A stretch of DNA of 64,000 nt from an uncultured Nitrospiraceae bacterium (GCA_963705105.1 CAVPIW010000012.1:32001-96000), one strand, 5' to 3'; shown: positions 10,910 to 20,751, counted from the first letter of the stretch. The notes: generated by a model not told the origin, from the sequence alone. Numbers and translations are program-made.

Positions 10910-12298
10910 TCAGATATATATATTCAGGCAATCGCTGACAGCCGATTCCCGGAGCTTTGCAATCGTTTTCGCGAGAATTTGCCTGATCCTCTCCCTCGTG
11001 ACGCCGAACTCATTGCCGAGCTCTTCGAGGCTGTAATGACGATGATCGCCGATTCCGAACCTCATCCTGATGATTCTCGCCTCCCGGGGATCAAGTGATC
11101 CGAGCAGCTCGTTGACGTGCGCCGTAAGATCGCTCCTGATCATCGTTTCCAGGGGAGAAGGCCTCGTCCCGTCTTCAATCACATCCCTGAGACAAAGGGT
11201 ATCATCGCAGAGGGGGGAATCCAGGGACAGGGGTTCCCTCATCAACTGGAGGACCTCGGTGACTTTCTCCACGGAAATGTTCAGTCCCGATGCCATCTCG
11301 TCGGGTGAGGGATCACAGAAATTCTCCCTGAAAAAATTGTGCGACAGGCGGGATATTTTGTTCATCAGGCCGACTTTGTGAACAGGGAGACGGACTGTTC
11401 TCGCCTGACTGTGGAGGGCCCTGCATATGCACTGACGGATCCACCAGACTGCGTATGTACTGAACCTGCAGCCTTTCTGCGGATCGAATTTGCCCGCCGC
11501 CTTGATCAAACCCATGTTGCCTTCCTGGATGAGATCGTGAAGGCTCATTCCCCTGCCCATATAATTTTTCGCCACACTGATGACGAGTCGCAGGTTGGAA
11601 ACGACCAGAACGTTCTTGGCATCGGCGATTTCATTGAGACAGGCGGTGCATTCGGTCATGATCGGCTTCATGTCTTCATCGGGCAGGCCGGCGTTTGAAT
11701 CAGCATGCAGACGATTCCGCAACGAGTTCTCTGCTGGGGCGATCCGCAGCAGCTCCCTGCCCAGTGATTCCAGCAGTTCATCCCTGAGTTGAACCTGAAG
11801 GACGAGGGAAGCGATCTTCTCCCTCAGGGCGTGAGAAATCAATGCCTTCGATGCGCGGAGATGATTCGGTCGTGAAGGCCCCCCCCCGTTGCCGTTCTTT
11901 TGCATCAGTCTCTCGATCTTCCTGACCAGCAAAAGAAATTTCTCTTTCTCCGCCGTTGATTCACCTTCGTCAAACTCTACCCTCAAGACGCGTGAAACAG
12001 CCATGTCGCCCTGTCCGAGCGAGCGGCCGATCGTGATGAGCCGGTCGATCATGAGAGGAACCATGAAAAGGACCCGCGTCAGCCTTTTCCTTGCCTGCCC
12101 GATCGACTGTGCCAGCTCGATCTCCCGTTCCGGTGACAGGAGGGGATATTCGCGTATATCGCGGAAATACATTGCGAGGGCGCTCATCTCCCCGGCCTCA
12201 CCGGCCGTCTCCGCGATCGTCGGTTCTTCCTCATCTCCCACAGCCTTCTCAAGAGTCACCGACCGGGGAAGCCTCATCGTATGTGCTCCGTCTCTCAT
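10910..12298 (-). CDS. RNA polymerase sigma-70 factor, RpoD/RpoS-like (group 2-type, no clear region 1.1)
   Basis: Region 1.2 [12 protein letters not shown]; region 2 [40 protein letters not shown]; region 4 [21 protein letters not shown] overlap with the upstream ORF. Confidence 0.9.
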   Translation of the reverse strand: MRDGAHTMRLPRSVTLEKAVGDEEEPTIAETAGEAGEMSALAMYFRDIREYPLLSPEREIELAQSIGQARKRLTRVLFMVPLMIDRLITIGRSLGQGDMAVSRVLRVEFDEGESTAEKEKFLLLVRKIERLMQKNGNGGGPSRPNHLRASKALISHALREKIASLVLQVQLRDELLESLGRELLRIAPAENSLRNRLHADSNAGLPDEDMKPIMTECTACLNEIADAKNVLVVSNLRLVISVAKNYMGRGMSLHDLIQEGNMGLIKAAGKFDPQKGCRFSTYAVWWIRQCICRALHSQARTVRLPVHKVGLMNKISRLSHNFFRENFCDPSPDEMASGLNISVEKVTEVLQLMREPLSLDSPLCDDTLCLRDVIEDGTRPSPLETMIRSDLTAHVNELLGSLDPREARIIRMRFGIGDHRHYSLEELGNEFGVTRERIRQILAKTIAKLRESAVSDCLNIYI

Positions 12299-12510
12299 GA
12301 CCACTCCTGTCTGTCATCGATATGCGTCAGTTTGCCGTAGACATCACAATCCCTGTAGCTTCCGGCACAGAAGGCAAGGACTTTCTGTATCGTCATGCTC
12401 GTCATCTTTGTGTAATAGCACTGATCATGAAGCAGCCCTATGAAAGGACAGAAATCTCCTGCAGCATCGATGTATCCCCCCCGCTCATTTGTATACCCGT
12501 TCTTTTCCAT
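12295..12510 (-). CDS. Small 4-Cys protein (CP-x8-C-x16-C-x6-CDVY)
   Basis: 71-aa ORF whose stop overlaps the sigma ATG (ATGA); conserved Cys spacing. Confidence 0.65.
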   Translation of the reverse strand: MEKNGYTNERGGYIDAAGDFCPFIGLLHDQCYYTKMTSMTIQKVLAFCAGSYRDCDVYGKLTHIDDRQEWS

Positions 12511-12522
12511 CCAGTTTGTCTC

Positions 12523-12538
12523 TTCAAGGACCGTGCCT
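12523..12538 (-). promoter_or_regulatory. Possible sigma-54 promoter (AGGCACGGTCCTTGAA; -12 box GA instead of GC)
   Basis: GGCACG-N4-TTG with a non-consensus -12 dinucleotide. Confidence 0.35.
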
Positions 12539-12661
12539 GACGAGAGGGATTACCTTTTTCCGGCCCGATGGGTGACGGACCAGATAGGGAAAACCATTTA
12601 AATCATGACTAAATGCCGTCCTGAAATGATTGTTGCGCCGTGCAGAGGGTGAAGAACCGGC

Positions 12662-12697
12662 TGTGTCAAATCTGTCTCATGACACACAATTGTCTCA
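12662..12697. promoter_or_regulatory. Tandem imperfect 18-bp palindromes, candidate activator-binding sites
   Basis: TGTGTCA-AATC-TGTCTCA followed directly by TGACACA-CAAT-TGTCTCA. Confidence 0.45.
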
Positions 12698-12960
12698 CAG
12701 CATGACTGTCGCGGCCAGGAACAGTCGATCGTCGCGGTGGCGCGCTTGCCCTTTTTTCGGGAGGGATGCCACCACGGCAGTCATCAGTTCCCGGTCAGGC
12801 ATGAAGCACAGGATCAGCGGTCGCCGGTCCACAGCCTGAAGAGACCTTGCGGGCACGGCTGTTTCATTGCAGGGGCCGTTCCCCGAAGAATCCGAAAATT
12901 GTCTCTCACTGACACTGACTTGCATATTTGCATTATTTATGATATCTATTAAACAAAAGT

Positions 12961-13122
12961 TGACAGCCTCGTAAAAGGTCCCGTAAAGGGCGTATCCGTC
13001 ATTCCCGTGCAGACGGGAATCCAGTCCTTTCAGGTAGTTATTTGTACTCTGGATACCCGCTCCCCGCTTACTATCCGCGAGGACAAGCTTCGCGGGTATG
13101 ACGACTTTTTACGAGATCGTCA
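12961..13122. mobile_element. MITE-like element with ~20-bp terminal inverted repeats, 4-bp AAGT flanking duplication and internal GTCATTCCCG-type palindromes
   Basis: Ends TGACAGCCTCGTAAAAGGTC / GACTTTTTACGAGATCGTCA; AAGT at 12957-12960 and 13123-13126; inner GTCATTCCCG..CGGGAATCCAG...CTGGATACCCGC..CGCGGGTATGAC. Confidence 0.7.
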
Positions 13123-13198
13123 AAGTTGACAGGCAGATAACTTTTCGCCCTGCCTTTCCCATGCAACTAATGCGATTCGTGCCGAGCAAGGAGGAGCC

Positions 13199-14389
13199 AT
13201 GATACGCAAGGGTATTACGAGAAGGGACCTGTTGAAGGCTGCAGGTGTCGCCGGAGCGATGACGGCCGCCGGCGCCGTTCCGTCGTCTCTCTTCGGCGGC
13301 CAGGAGAGACTCGTGCGGTTTCCGGAAAAGACGGACCTGATCCTGCTTACCTCGCGGCCTCCGAACCTCGAGACTCCGCTCCATCATTTCAAGGAACTGG
13401 TAACCCCGAACAATGCCGTCTTCGTTCGGTGGCACCTTTCGAACATCCCCACGACCGTCGACCTTGCTGCGTGGCGCATCAAAGTGGGAGGTCACACGGA
13501 ACGGGAACTCGCGTTGTCCATGGAGGACCTCAGGTCCTTTGAGAAGATCGGCTACACCGCGGTGATCCAATGTTCGGGCAACGGCAGAAGCTTTTTCTCA
13601 CCCGTCATCCCCGGCGCACAGTGGAGGCATGGCGCCATGGGAAACGTCACATGGGCCGGCGCCCGCCTGAAGGATATCCTGGCAAAGGCCGGGATCAAGG
13701 CGGGGGCCGTGGAGGTCGCCTTCGACGGCCTCGATTCGGGCACCTTTCCGAAAGTGCCTGATTTCGTCAAGAGCCTCGCCGTCGACAAGGCGATCGAGGA
13801 CGACATCATGGTCGCCTATGAAATGAACGGAGAGCCCCTCACGATGCTGAACGGTTTTCCGGCCCGCCTCATCGTACCGGGATGGTTCGCTCCGTACTGG
13901 GTCAAATCGCTGACAGACGTCATCGTTTTGCCGAAAAAATTCGAGGGTTTCTGGATGGACCCGGCCTATCGCATCCCCGACACGGACTGCGCCTGTGTGC
14001 CTCCGGGAGAAAAACCGAAGAAGACGGTGCCGATCGCCAGGATGAACACGCGGTCCCTCGTCATTGAACCGGCCGAAGGGTCCGTCATGGCGGTGGCGAA
14101 GCCCGCCGAGATCATGGGCATCGCGTTCTCCGGAGGCTATAGCATAAAGGATGTCGTCGTATCCGTCGATGGAGGGAAAAAATGGGGACAGGCGCGTCTC
14201 GGCAAAGACCTCGGCCGGTATTCATGGATCCAGTGGTATTTCCCATGGAAACCCGAGAAGCCGGGCACATATACCATTATGGCGCGGGCGACGAACAGCA
14301 TCGGCGAGTCGCAACCCTTTGAGATCCTCTGGAATCCTGCCGGGTATCGACTGAACAAAGTCGAGACCGTGAGCGTTACGGTTCGTTAG
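13199..14389 (+). CDS. Sulfite oxidase-family molybdoenzyme (SorA/SoxC-like), Tat-exported
   Basis: TRRDLLK Tat motif, QCSGNGR Mo-ligand Cys, AYEMNGEPL..NGFPARLIVPGW, C-terminal Ig-like dimerisation domain. Confidence 0.88.
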   Translation: MIRKGITRRDLLKAAGVAGAMTAAGAVPSSLFGGQERLVRFPEKTDLILLTSRPPNLETPLHHFKELVTPNNAVFVRWHLSNIPTTVDLAAWRIKVGGHTERELALSMEDLRSFEKIGYTAVIQCSGNGRSFFSPVIPGAQWRHGAMGNVTWAGARLKDILAKAGIKAGAVEVAFDGLDSGTFPKVPDFVKSLAVDKAIEDDIMVAYEMNGEPLTMLNGFPARLIVPGWFAPYWVKSLTDVIVLPKKFEGFWMDPAYRIPDTDCACVPPGEKPKKTVPIARMNTRSLVIEPAEGSVMAVAKPAEIMGIAFSGGYSIKDVVVSVDGGKKWGQARLGKDLGRYSWIQWYFPWKPEKPGTYTIMARATNSIGESQPFEILWNPAGYRLNKVETVSVTVR

Positions 14390-14397
14390 GAGGGACC

Positions 14398-14739
14398 ATG
14401 AAGAAAAGCATTGTGCTCATAATGGCGGTATTGACAGCAGCCGGCATGATCGTCCTCTCCGATGAAAGGGATGCGTCGGGAGGAGGGACCGCTGTCCGGA
14501 CGATAACCTTGCCCGCTGTGCAGACATCTCTGAAACCCGCAGACGACCTGGTGACCGTCGAGACATACTGCAACATCTGTCACAGCACGGAATACATCAC
14601 CATGCAGCCTCCGCTCACGCGCGCCCAATGGCAGGCCTCGGTGAACAAGATGATCAAGGTCTACGGCGCTCCCATCAGTGAGGCCGATGCGGACAAGATC
14701 ACCCGATACCTCGCCGCGCAATACGGAACGGGGAAATAG
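14398..14739 (+). CDS. Monoheme cytochrome c (SorB-like)
   Basis: CNICHSTEYITMQP..W.ASVNKMIKVYGAPI, adjacent to the SorA-like gene. Confidence 0.85.
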   Translation: MKKSIVLIMAVLTAAGMIVLSDERDASGGGTAVRTITLPAVQTSLKPADDLVTVETYCNICHSTEYITMQPPLTRAQWQASVNKMIKVYGAPISEADADKITRYLAAQYGTGK

Positions 14740-14833
14740 GAATCGGCATTGGTGTCCGCAATGATCCGGAACGAGGATTCGGTAGAACCTTGTTTTTGAG
14801 AAGAGTCAGAAATCAGCCAATGGAGGAACAGAT

Positions 14834-15382
14834 ATGAAAATGAAGCGTATTATCTTGGTACTGCTTGTCCTGTCACTCGTCGTTATGACAGTCGGTCTCG
14901 GTGTTCTCACAGCCGCGGATAAATACGCCCTGAAGGCGCCCAACGGGATTGCCTTTTCCGAGGTCAGAGGGTACGAGACCTGGCCGGTGATCGCGCCGAG
15001 TTACAGGACCGACAAGAAAGAGGTCCGCTTCATCGTCGGGAATGAGGCGATGATGAACGCCTACCGGCAGGGCATCCCCGGAAACGGCAAGCCCTTCCCC
15101 GACGGCGCCGTGGCCGTGAAAATCGCCTATTCGGAGAGAAAGAACCCCGACTTTCAGAGCGCCCTGGAACCGGATGTGCTGCAACGCGTTGAACTGATGA
15201 TGAAAGACTCGAAGAGGTTCGCAAACACCAACGGCTGGGGATATGCCCGGTTTGTCTATGACGCAAAGACGGACACCTTCAGCGCTTACGGAAAAGACGA
15301 GAAGTTCGTCCAGGAATGCCACGGCTGCCATACGATCGTGAAAGGGGCGGATTACGTCTTCACAAAGTATTTCATGAGATAA
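14834..15382 (+). CDS. Cytochrome P460-family protein
   Basis: Signal peptide, GYETW, FPDGAVAVK, MMKDSKRF..TNGWGYARF, C-terminal CHGCH..DYVF. Confidence 0.85.
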   Translation: MKMKRIILVLLVLSLVVMTVGLGVLTAADKYALKAPNGIAFSEVRGYETWPVIAPSYRTDKKEVRFIVGNEAMMNAYRQGIPGNGKPFPDGAVAVKIAYSERKNPDFQSALEPDVLQRVELMMKDSKRFANTNGWGYARFVYDAKTDTFSAYGKDEKFVQECHGCHTIVKGADYVFTKYFMR

Positions 15383-15470
15383 AACTGATCCCCCCGGTGT
15401 CAGTCTGTGTCGGGGGATATTCCCGTATGACATTGAACCGGGAGGGTAGCTGCTATGAGGAAAGTGATGC

Positions 15471-16193
15471 CTATCTTCTCCTGAACCTGGCCGCGGCAGC
15501 AAGACCGAGGAGCCCGCTGCCGAGGAGGACCAGCGTGGAAGGCTCGGGCACCGGATTAGACCCGGCGAATGCGAAGGTCTTCGGCTCCTTAGAGGGAGAA
15601 AAACCCCATGCCGTGCCTCTATCGCCATAGAAATACCCCCCCATGCCGTAAAGGGACGAAGCGTCAGTAATGTTCCACCAGTTTCCGTAAAGAGCTGCTT
15701 CGTCGAGGGCACCCAGGCCGTCGAGACTCGTCGCACTGAGATGTGGCCTGCTGTCGGGGTCGAGGACATCTTTTCCCCACAGCATATCTGTCGAATGAAA
15801 AAGGTATTCCGGGCCTTCCCCGAGATAGGCGCCGTAATCCTGAGACATGGCGACATCGATCCGGAAAAACTGAACGCCCGCATCCCACCAGCCGCCGTTT
15901 GATTGGACCTGGACCCATAGTCCACCGAGGGCGACGCCGTTCACATCTGCATCGCCGGAAGAACCTTTCCAGCCGCCGTCAGATCCGTAAGGCCCGCCGA
16001 TGCCGCCATAAACATACGTCTGCGTCATCCGGTAGCCGGGAAAATGACCGGCATCGCGGTCGGTGCCCGTGCCGGAGTCGCTCACGGCTGCCATATAGTT
16101 CACCATGCCGGGCTGCCATTCGTCGGTTGTCCGAGTAACGAGCGCCAATATCGCTATCAACGCCAGAACTACGGAAACCGTTATCCTTTTCAT
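15471..16193 (-). CDS. PEP-CTERM sorting domain protein
   Basis: Signal peptide, C-terminal VPEPSTLVLLGSGLLGLAAAARFRRR, RBS GGGAG. Confidence 0.88.
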   Translation of the reverse strand: MKRITVSVVLALIAILALVTRTTDEWQPGMVNYMAAVSDSGTGTDRDAGHFPGYRMTQTYVYGGIGGPYGSDGGWKGSSGDADVNGVALGGLWVQVQSNGGWWDAGVQFFRIDVAMSQDYGAYLGEGPEYLFHSTDMLWGKDVLDPDSRPHLSATSLDGLGALDEAALYGNWWNITDASSLYGMGGYFYGDRGTAWGFSPSKEPKTFAFAGSNPVPEPSTLVLLGSGLLGLAAAARFRRR

Positions 16194-16296
16194 GGCTCCC
16201 TCCCTTGTCAGCGCGGCCTTGAAATGAAACTGACTAACCGCTTGATGCACCTCTGCAAGAGGCGTTTACTGATGCCCTATGGTTTTTACATGCCCT

Positions 16297-16584
16297 TCAG
16301 AGCAGAAACCGCAACCCCGCCCTCCAGCTGTCGCCATCACGCATCGACCACACAACGGATGCAAGGACAGGCAACGGTATGTGCTCTTCGCTCACCGGGA
16401 ATTCAAGAGTCAGGACGTCGCCGGCCTTCAGAAAGCAACCTGTTATAAGCCCCAGCCCATGACGGCAGATATCCATGCTGAGGGCACCATACCGCGCTGC
16501 CTTTATTGTTCCCGTCACACCCGCTTTGATTTCGAGGTTTAACGGTCTCTGTATCGCCTTCCGTATTGATGATCTCTTTTCCAT
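16297..16584 (-). CDS. Stand-alone PilZ domain protein
   Basis: EKRSSIR (RxxxR) and DICRHG (D-x-S/C-x-x-G), ending VVW....AGLRF. Confidence 0.7.
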   Translation of the reverse strand: MEKRSSIRKAIQRPLNLEIKAGVTGTIKAARYGALSMDICRHGLGLITGCFLKAGDVLTLEFPVSEEHIPLPVLASVVWSMRDGDSWRAGLRFLL

Positions 16585-16781
16585 GCCAGCAATCAACCTC
16601 CAATATATCCTTGATCTAAGAATACGCTGTTCTTTGTATGCCGTCAATCCCTCAAAAGTGGGATTTTTCAATAGATTCAGTATTTTTTTCCGGGTTTCGC
16701 AGCCGTCCGGAGGAGAGCGCGTCTCTCCCCCGATCCCCTCTGTCAATCCGACGGAAGATATATTGTTCTTTATTTAACTTT

Positions 16782-17345
16782 ATGAAAGATGTACAATTCC
16801 CGATGGACAGACTTTTTGAACTGATCAGGAAAAGGTCAGCGCCCGGCATACTGCTCTTCGACATGGCCGGCAATATCGTTTTCACGAACAGCGAGGCTGC
16901 AGCCATGTTTCCCGGCCTGGGCGATATTTCATCGATCCCCCGTGAAATCAGGGAACTATACGGCAGCGTGAAAAATTCCATCGATGAAGCAGGTGCCGCA
17001 GATGTCCGCCCGGATTGCACGGTCTTCCGTATTGATCCGGATCACCTGTTTTCTGCGCGGGCATTCCCGATCGGCCAATGCGAGAGCAGAGACATCAGTC
17101 ACGTCATGATTCTCCTTGAAGGCATATCGGACAAACGGGCGATCAATTTGGAGGAGGCCAGAACGAAGTATCAATTGACAAACCGCGAACTGGAACTCGT
17201 GGTGCTGATCAGCGACGGGCTCACGAACAAGGAGATCGCTGAAAGACTGTTCATAAGCGAACATACGGTCAAGGACCACATCAAGCACATCATGAGAAAG
17301 ATGGATGTGTGCACAAGGAGCGGGGTCATTGCGATCCTGAGATGA
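16782..17345 (+). CDS. LuxR-family transcriptional regulator with N-terminal PAS-like domain
   Basis: LTNRELEL..ISDGLTNKEIAERLFISEHTVKDHIKHIMRKM. Confidence 0.88.
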   Translation: MKDVQFPMDRLFELIRKRSAPGILLFDMAGNIVFTNSEAAAMFPGLGDISSIPREIRELYGSVKNSIDEAGAADVRPDCTVFRIDPDHLFSARAFPIGQCESRDISHVMILLEGISDKRAINLEEARTKYQLTNRELELVVLISDGLTNKEIAERLFISEHTVKDHIKHIMRKMDVCTRSGVIAILR

Positions 17346-17382
17346 CACGGGGAGACGCCGCCGTTCCCCGAACGGCCCGATA

Positions 17383-17586
17383 TACCCTATCTATAGTATA
17401 CTCCTTCCGGAAAGGCAGGGTGAATGCGCCGGAAAACCTTGATGCGGCGACTCCTTTGCCTTCCCATGGAGACCATTTCCGGCAGAGGTCTGAAAAAAAA
17501 GTGAACCTTTCGCTGACACTCACACTGTCACTGACACTATTTTTCAGAGCGCTTCTCCCTGCCTTTTCATGCAGCTGCAAGGGATA
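17383..17586 (-). repeat. Modular repeat copy R3 (complete, inverted orientation)
   Basis: Reverse-complement right end GGAAAGGCAGGGTGAATGCGCCGGAAAACCTTGATGCGGCGAC, hexamer tract, left end GCCTTTTCATGCAGCTGCAAGGG; TA at both sides. Confidence 0.8.
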
Positions 17587-17625
17587 CCCGCCTCCCGCAG
17601 AAACTGAGACCGTCAGGATGAAGGG

Positions 17626-17880
17626 TTACTTTCTCGATTCGAAGTTCTTGATGAACTGCCCGACCTGCACTCCCAGGTAGACGCACTTGATGTTGTTCAT
17701 GCAGTCGTCGGCGTCCTTCTTGTCGAGATAGGTCGTGAGTTCCTGTCCGCCCTTCTTGAAATGGATGACCCAGGCGTTCTTCCCCTCGTCGAAGGTCATG
17801 CCGACCGATATGCCGTGATCCGTAATATCGGGGTACATATCGAGAATCTTCTGTTCCAGTGCCACCTGTGTATAGCCCAT
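17626..17880 (-). CDS. Hypothetical protein (84 aa)
   Basis: RBS AAGGAGG, host-like codon usage, good upstream promoter. Confidence 0.8.
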   Translation of the reverse strand: MGYTQVALEQKILDMYPDITDHGISVGMTFDEGKNAWVIHFKKGGQELTTYLDKKDADDCMNNIKCVYLGVQVGQFIKNFESRK

Positions 17881-17930
17881 GGGAACCTCCTTTTCATCTC
17901 AGTATTATGATCACCATTCAACCTATGTTC

Positions 17931-17958
17931 ATTGTAACAGATTCCGGGCTGTTGTCAA
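17931..17958 (-). promoter_or_regulatory. Sigma-70 promoter TTGACA-N16-TACAAT (extended -10 TG)
   Basis: Minus strand reads TTGACAacagcccggaatcTGtTACAAT upstream of 17880. Confidence 0.65.
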
Positions 17959-18009
17959 GAGGGCGGCCGTCTGATAGAATTAGAATAAAGAAACGATGAG
18001 GATTGAATC

Positions 18010-19674
18010 ATAGCAACCGTACTCGGACATACGACAGGTCTCAAGAAGGGCATCATCTCCTCCCTGGAGCGGATCTACAGCAGGAGGGTGCCGCCTGACA
18101 GGATCATCACCCCTGAGCTCGCCCGGTATATCACGGAGATTTCTTCGCAGATCGGCAAGCAGATCGGGCTTCTCATCTCACGGGAGGGCGTTGTGACCCA
18201 CGTTATCGTCGGTGATGCCAGGGGGGTCTTCATCCCCGGTCTCGACGACCATCCCCTGGGACGGAAAGCGCTGCGCGGCCTCCGGTTCATCCATACCCAC
18301 ATCGCGGGGGAACCCCTCGACCGGGAAGACCTGTCCGATCTTGCGCTTCTCCGTTTTGACCTCATCGCGGCCATGACGATAAAGAACGACCTGCCTGACA
18401 TGATCCATGCAGCCTACCTGATGCCGCTGGGGTCCGACAAGAAGGTCGAAACGATGTCGGAAAATTTTCACCGCCTCGACATGAATTTCAGGGATTTCAT
18501 CGGCAATCTCGAGGAAGAAATGAACCGCTCACGGGTCTTCGACAGGCGGGACCTCCGCGAACGGGCCATTCTCGTCAGCGCATCCAAGGCGCCGCGCCAC
18601 GAAATGGAGGACTCCATGGAGGAGCTCAGGGAACTGGCGCAGTCGAGCGACGTCATCGTGCTCGACACGGTGATCCAGAGACTCAAGGAGGTCAATCCCA
18701 AATACATACTCGGAGAGGGGAAACTCAGGGACCTCGTCATCCAGGCGATGGACAAGGGCGCCACCCTGCTTATCTTCGACCAGGACCTGACGCCGTCACA
18801 GATGAGGGCTTTGGCCGAGAGGATGGAGCTGAAGGTCATCGACCGGTCGCAATTGATTCTCGACATTTTCGCACGGAGGGCCCACAGCCATGACGGCAAG
18901 GTCCAGGTGGAGCTGGCCCAGTTGAAATACACACTGCCGAGACTGGCCGGCAAGGGAACGGCCATGTCGCGGCTCATGGGCGGCATCGGCGGGAGGGGGC
19001 CCGGAGAGACGAAGCTCGAGACGGACAGGCGGCGCATCCGTGACCGCATCACCCGTCTCGAACAGGAACTTAAGGTCCTCGGAGAGGCCCGCAAACAGAG
19101 GAAGCAGCGCCGCGTCGACCGGGGGGTTCCCATCGTCTCGATCATCGGGTACACGAATGCCGGCAAATCCACCCTCCTGAACAATCTGACGAAGAGCGCC
19201 ACCGCCGTCGAGGACAAGATGTTCGCCACCCTCGACACGGCGAGCAGGAGGCTGCGCTTTCCGAAGGAGAGAGAGGTCATCATCACGGACACCGTCGGCT
19301 TCATCAGGGACCTTCCGCAGGACCTCATGGCGGCCTTCAGTGCGACCCTCGAGGAACTGGAGGATGCGGACCTGCTGATCCACCTCATCGACGTCTCGAC
19401 GGCCCGTTTCGAACAGCAGATCGAATCCGTCGAATCCATCCTCAGGGACCTCAATCTGGGGGACAAGAGGCGCCTGATCGTCCTGAACAAAATCGACCGG
19501 GCGCCCGCTGACATCGTCGGCAATCTCATCGCCCGCTATGACGCGGTGGCCATTGCAGCCGTCGACCCCGCCACCTTTCCCCCGCTCCTCCGCGAACTGG
19601 AGCGTCGCCTCTGGGAGTCCCATCAGAACGGCAGGGCGGAAAACGTAGCGGCGCGACAGGTCGAAGGAGTATAA
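18010..19674 (+). CDS. hflX: GTPase HflX (long N-terminal form); probable non-AUG start (ATA 18010 or ATC 18007)
   Basis: G1 GYTNAGKST, G2 FATLD, G3 DTVGF, G4 NKID, GPGETKLETDRR. The frame continues upstream of GTG 18088 as IATVLGHTTGLKK up to an in-frame TGA at 18004. Confidence 0.9.
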   Translation: MATVLGHTTGLKKGIISSLERIYSRRVPPDRIITPELARYITEISSQIGKQIGLLISREGVVTHVIVGDARGVFIPGLDDHPLGRKALRGLRFIHTHIAGEPLDREDLSDLALLRFDLIAAMTIKNDLPDMIHAAYLMPLGSDKKVETMSENFHRLDMNFRDFIGNLEEEMNRSRVFDRRDLRERAILVSASKAPRHEMEDSMEELRELAQSSDVIVLDTVIQRLKEVNPKYILGEGKLRDLVIQAMDKGATLLIFDQDLTPSQMRALAERMELKVIDRSQLILDIFARRAHSHDGKVQVELAQLKYTLPRLAGKGTAMSRLMGGIGGRGPGETKLETDRRRIRDRITRLEQELKVLGEARKQRKQRRVDRGVPIVSIIGYTNAGKSTLLNNLTKSATAVEDKMFATLDTASRRLRFPKEREVIITDTVGFIRDLPQDLMAAFSATLEELEDADLLIHLIDVSTARFEQQIESVESILRDLNLGDKRRLIVLNKIDRAPADIVGNLIARYDAVAIAAVDPATFPPLLRELERRLWESHQNGRAENVAARQVEGV

Positions 19675-19680
19675 TACACG

Positions 19681-20751
19681 ATGGAATTCGTCCCCCGATG
19701 GATCGCCTGGGAAACAACGCGCCGCTGTAATCTCAAGTGCGTGCACTGCCGCTCCTCGTCCGAGATGGAGGTGAAGTCGCACCTCGATTTTCCAACAGAG
19801 GAGGCCTACAGGATCATCGATGACATTGCGGGCTACGCGAAACCCGTCGTCGTCCTCTCCGGCGGAGAGCCGCTCCTGAGGAAGGACATCTTCGAGATCG
19901 CCCGGTACGGCACCGACAAGGGACTCCGCATGTGCCTCGCAACAAACGGCACCCTCGTGACCGAGGAAGTCTGCGGGAAGATCAAGTCCTCGGGTCTCCG
20001 CATCGTCTCCCTCAGCCTCGACGGGTCGACGGAAGAGGTGCACGACAACTTCAGAAACGAGAAGGGCGCTTTCCGGGGCATTGTGAACGCGGCGGGTCTC
20101 TTTAAGAAACACGGCATAGAGTTCATCATAAATTCATCCTTCACAAAGCGGAACCAGGAGGAGATACCCAGGATCTACCGTCTCGCGAAGGAGCTGGGCG
20201 CAACGGCTTGGTACATGTTCATGATCGTGCCCACGGGAAGGGGCGAGGAGATCATGGGCGAGCTCATCTCCAAGGAGGACTACGAGGACATTCTCGACTG
20301 GCATTACCAGATGGAGAAAGACGAAGACGCCATGCTCGTCCGGCCGACCTGCGCCCCCCACTATTACCGCGTCGTCCTGCAGCGTGCCAAGGAGGAGGGG
20401 GTGAAGTTCGAGCGGCGCACGCTGAAGTTCTCCACGGGCGGATCGAAGGGGTGCCTCGCCGGCCAGCTCATCTGCCTCATCGATGTGGACGGCAACGTGC
20501 TGCCCTGCAGCTATTTCCCCAAGCCTGCCGGCAACGTCAGGGAACAGTCCTTCAGGGACATCTGGGAGAACTCGGAACTCTTCAGGGAGCTCAGGGATTT
20601 CAAGAGCTACAAGGGCAAATGCGGCACCTGTGAGTATGTCAACGTCTGCGGGGGATGCAGGGCCAGGGCCTATGCCGTCCACGGCGACTACCTCGGCGAG
20701 GAGCCCTTCTGCGGGTACATGCCGATGAAAACGAAACAGGGGGAGTCATGA
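19681..20751 (+). CDS. Radical SAM/SPASM protein, AhbD-like (putative coproheme decarboxylase/heme b synthase)
   Basis: [56 protein letters not shown]; coupled to hemE. Confidence 0.75.
   Translation: MEFVPRWIAWETTRRCNLKCVHCRSSSEMEVKSHLDFPTEEAYRIIDDIAGYAKPVVVLSGGEPLLRKDIFEIARYGTDKGLRMCLATNGTLVTEEVCGKIKSSGLRIVSLSLDGSTEEVHDNFRNEKGAFRGIVNAAGLFKKHGIEFIINSSFTKRNQEEIPRIYRLAKELGATAWYMFMIVPTGRGEEIMGELISKEDYEDILDWHYQMEKDEDAMLVRPTCAPHYYRVVLQRAKEEGVKFERRTLKFSTGGSKGCLAGQLICLIDVDGNVLPCSYFPKPAGNVREQSFRDIWENSELFRELRDFKSYKGKCGTCEYVNVCGGCRARAYAVHGDYLGEEPFCGYMPMKTKQGES

Noticed and set aside
13126..13156. Perfect TTGACA next to the MITE as a sorA promoter
   Set aside because: No plausible -10 hexamer 16-18 nt downstream.
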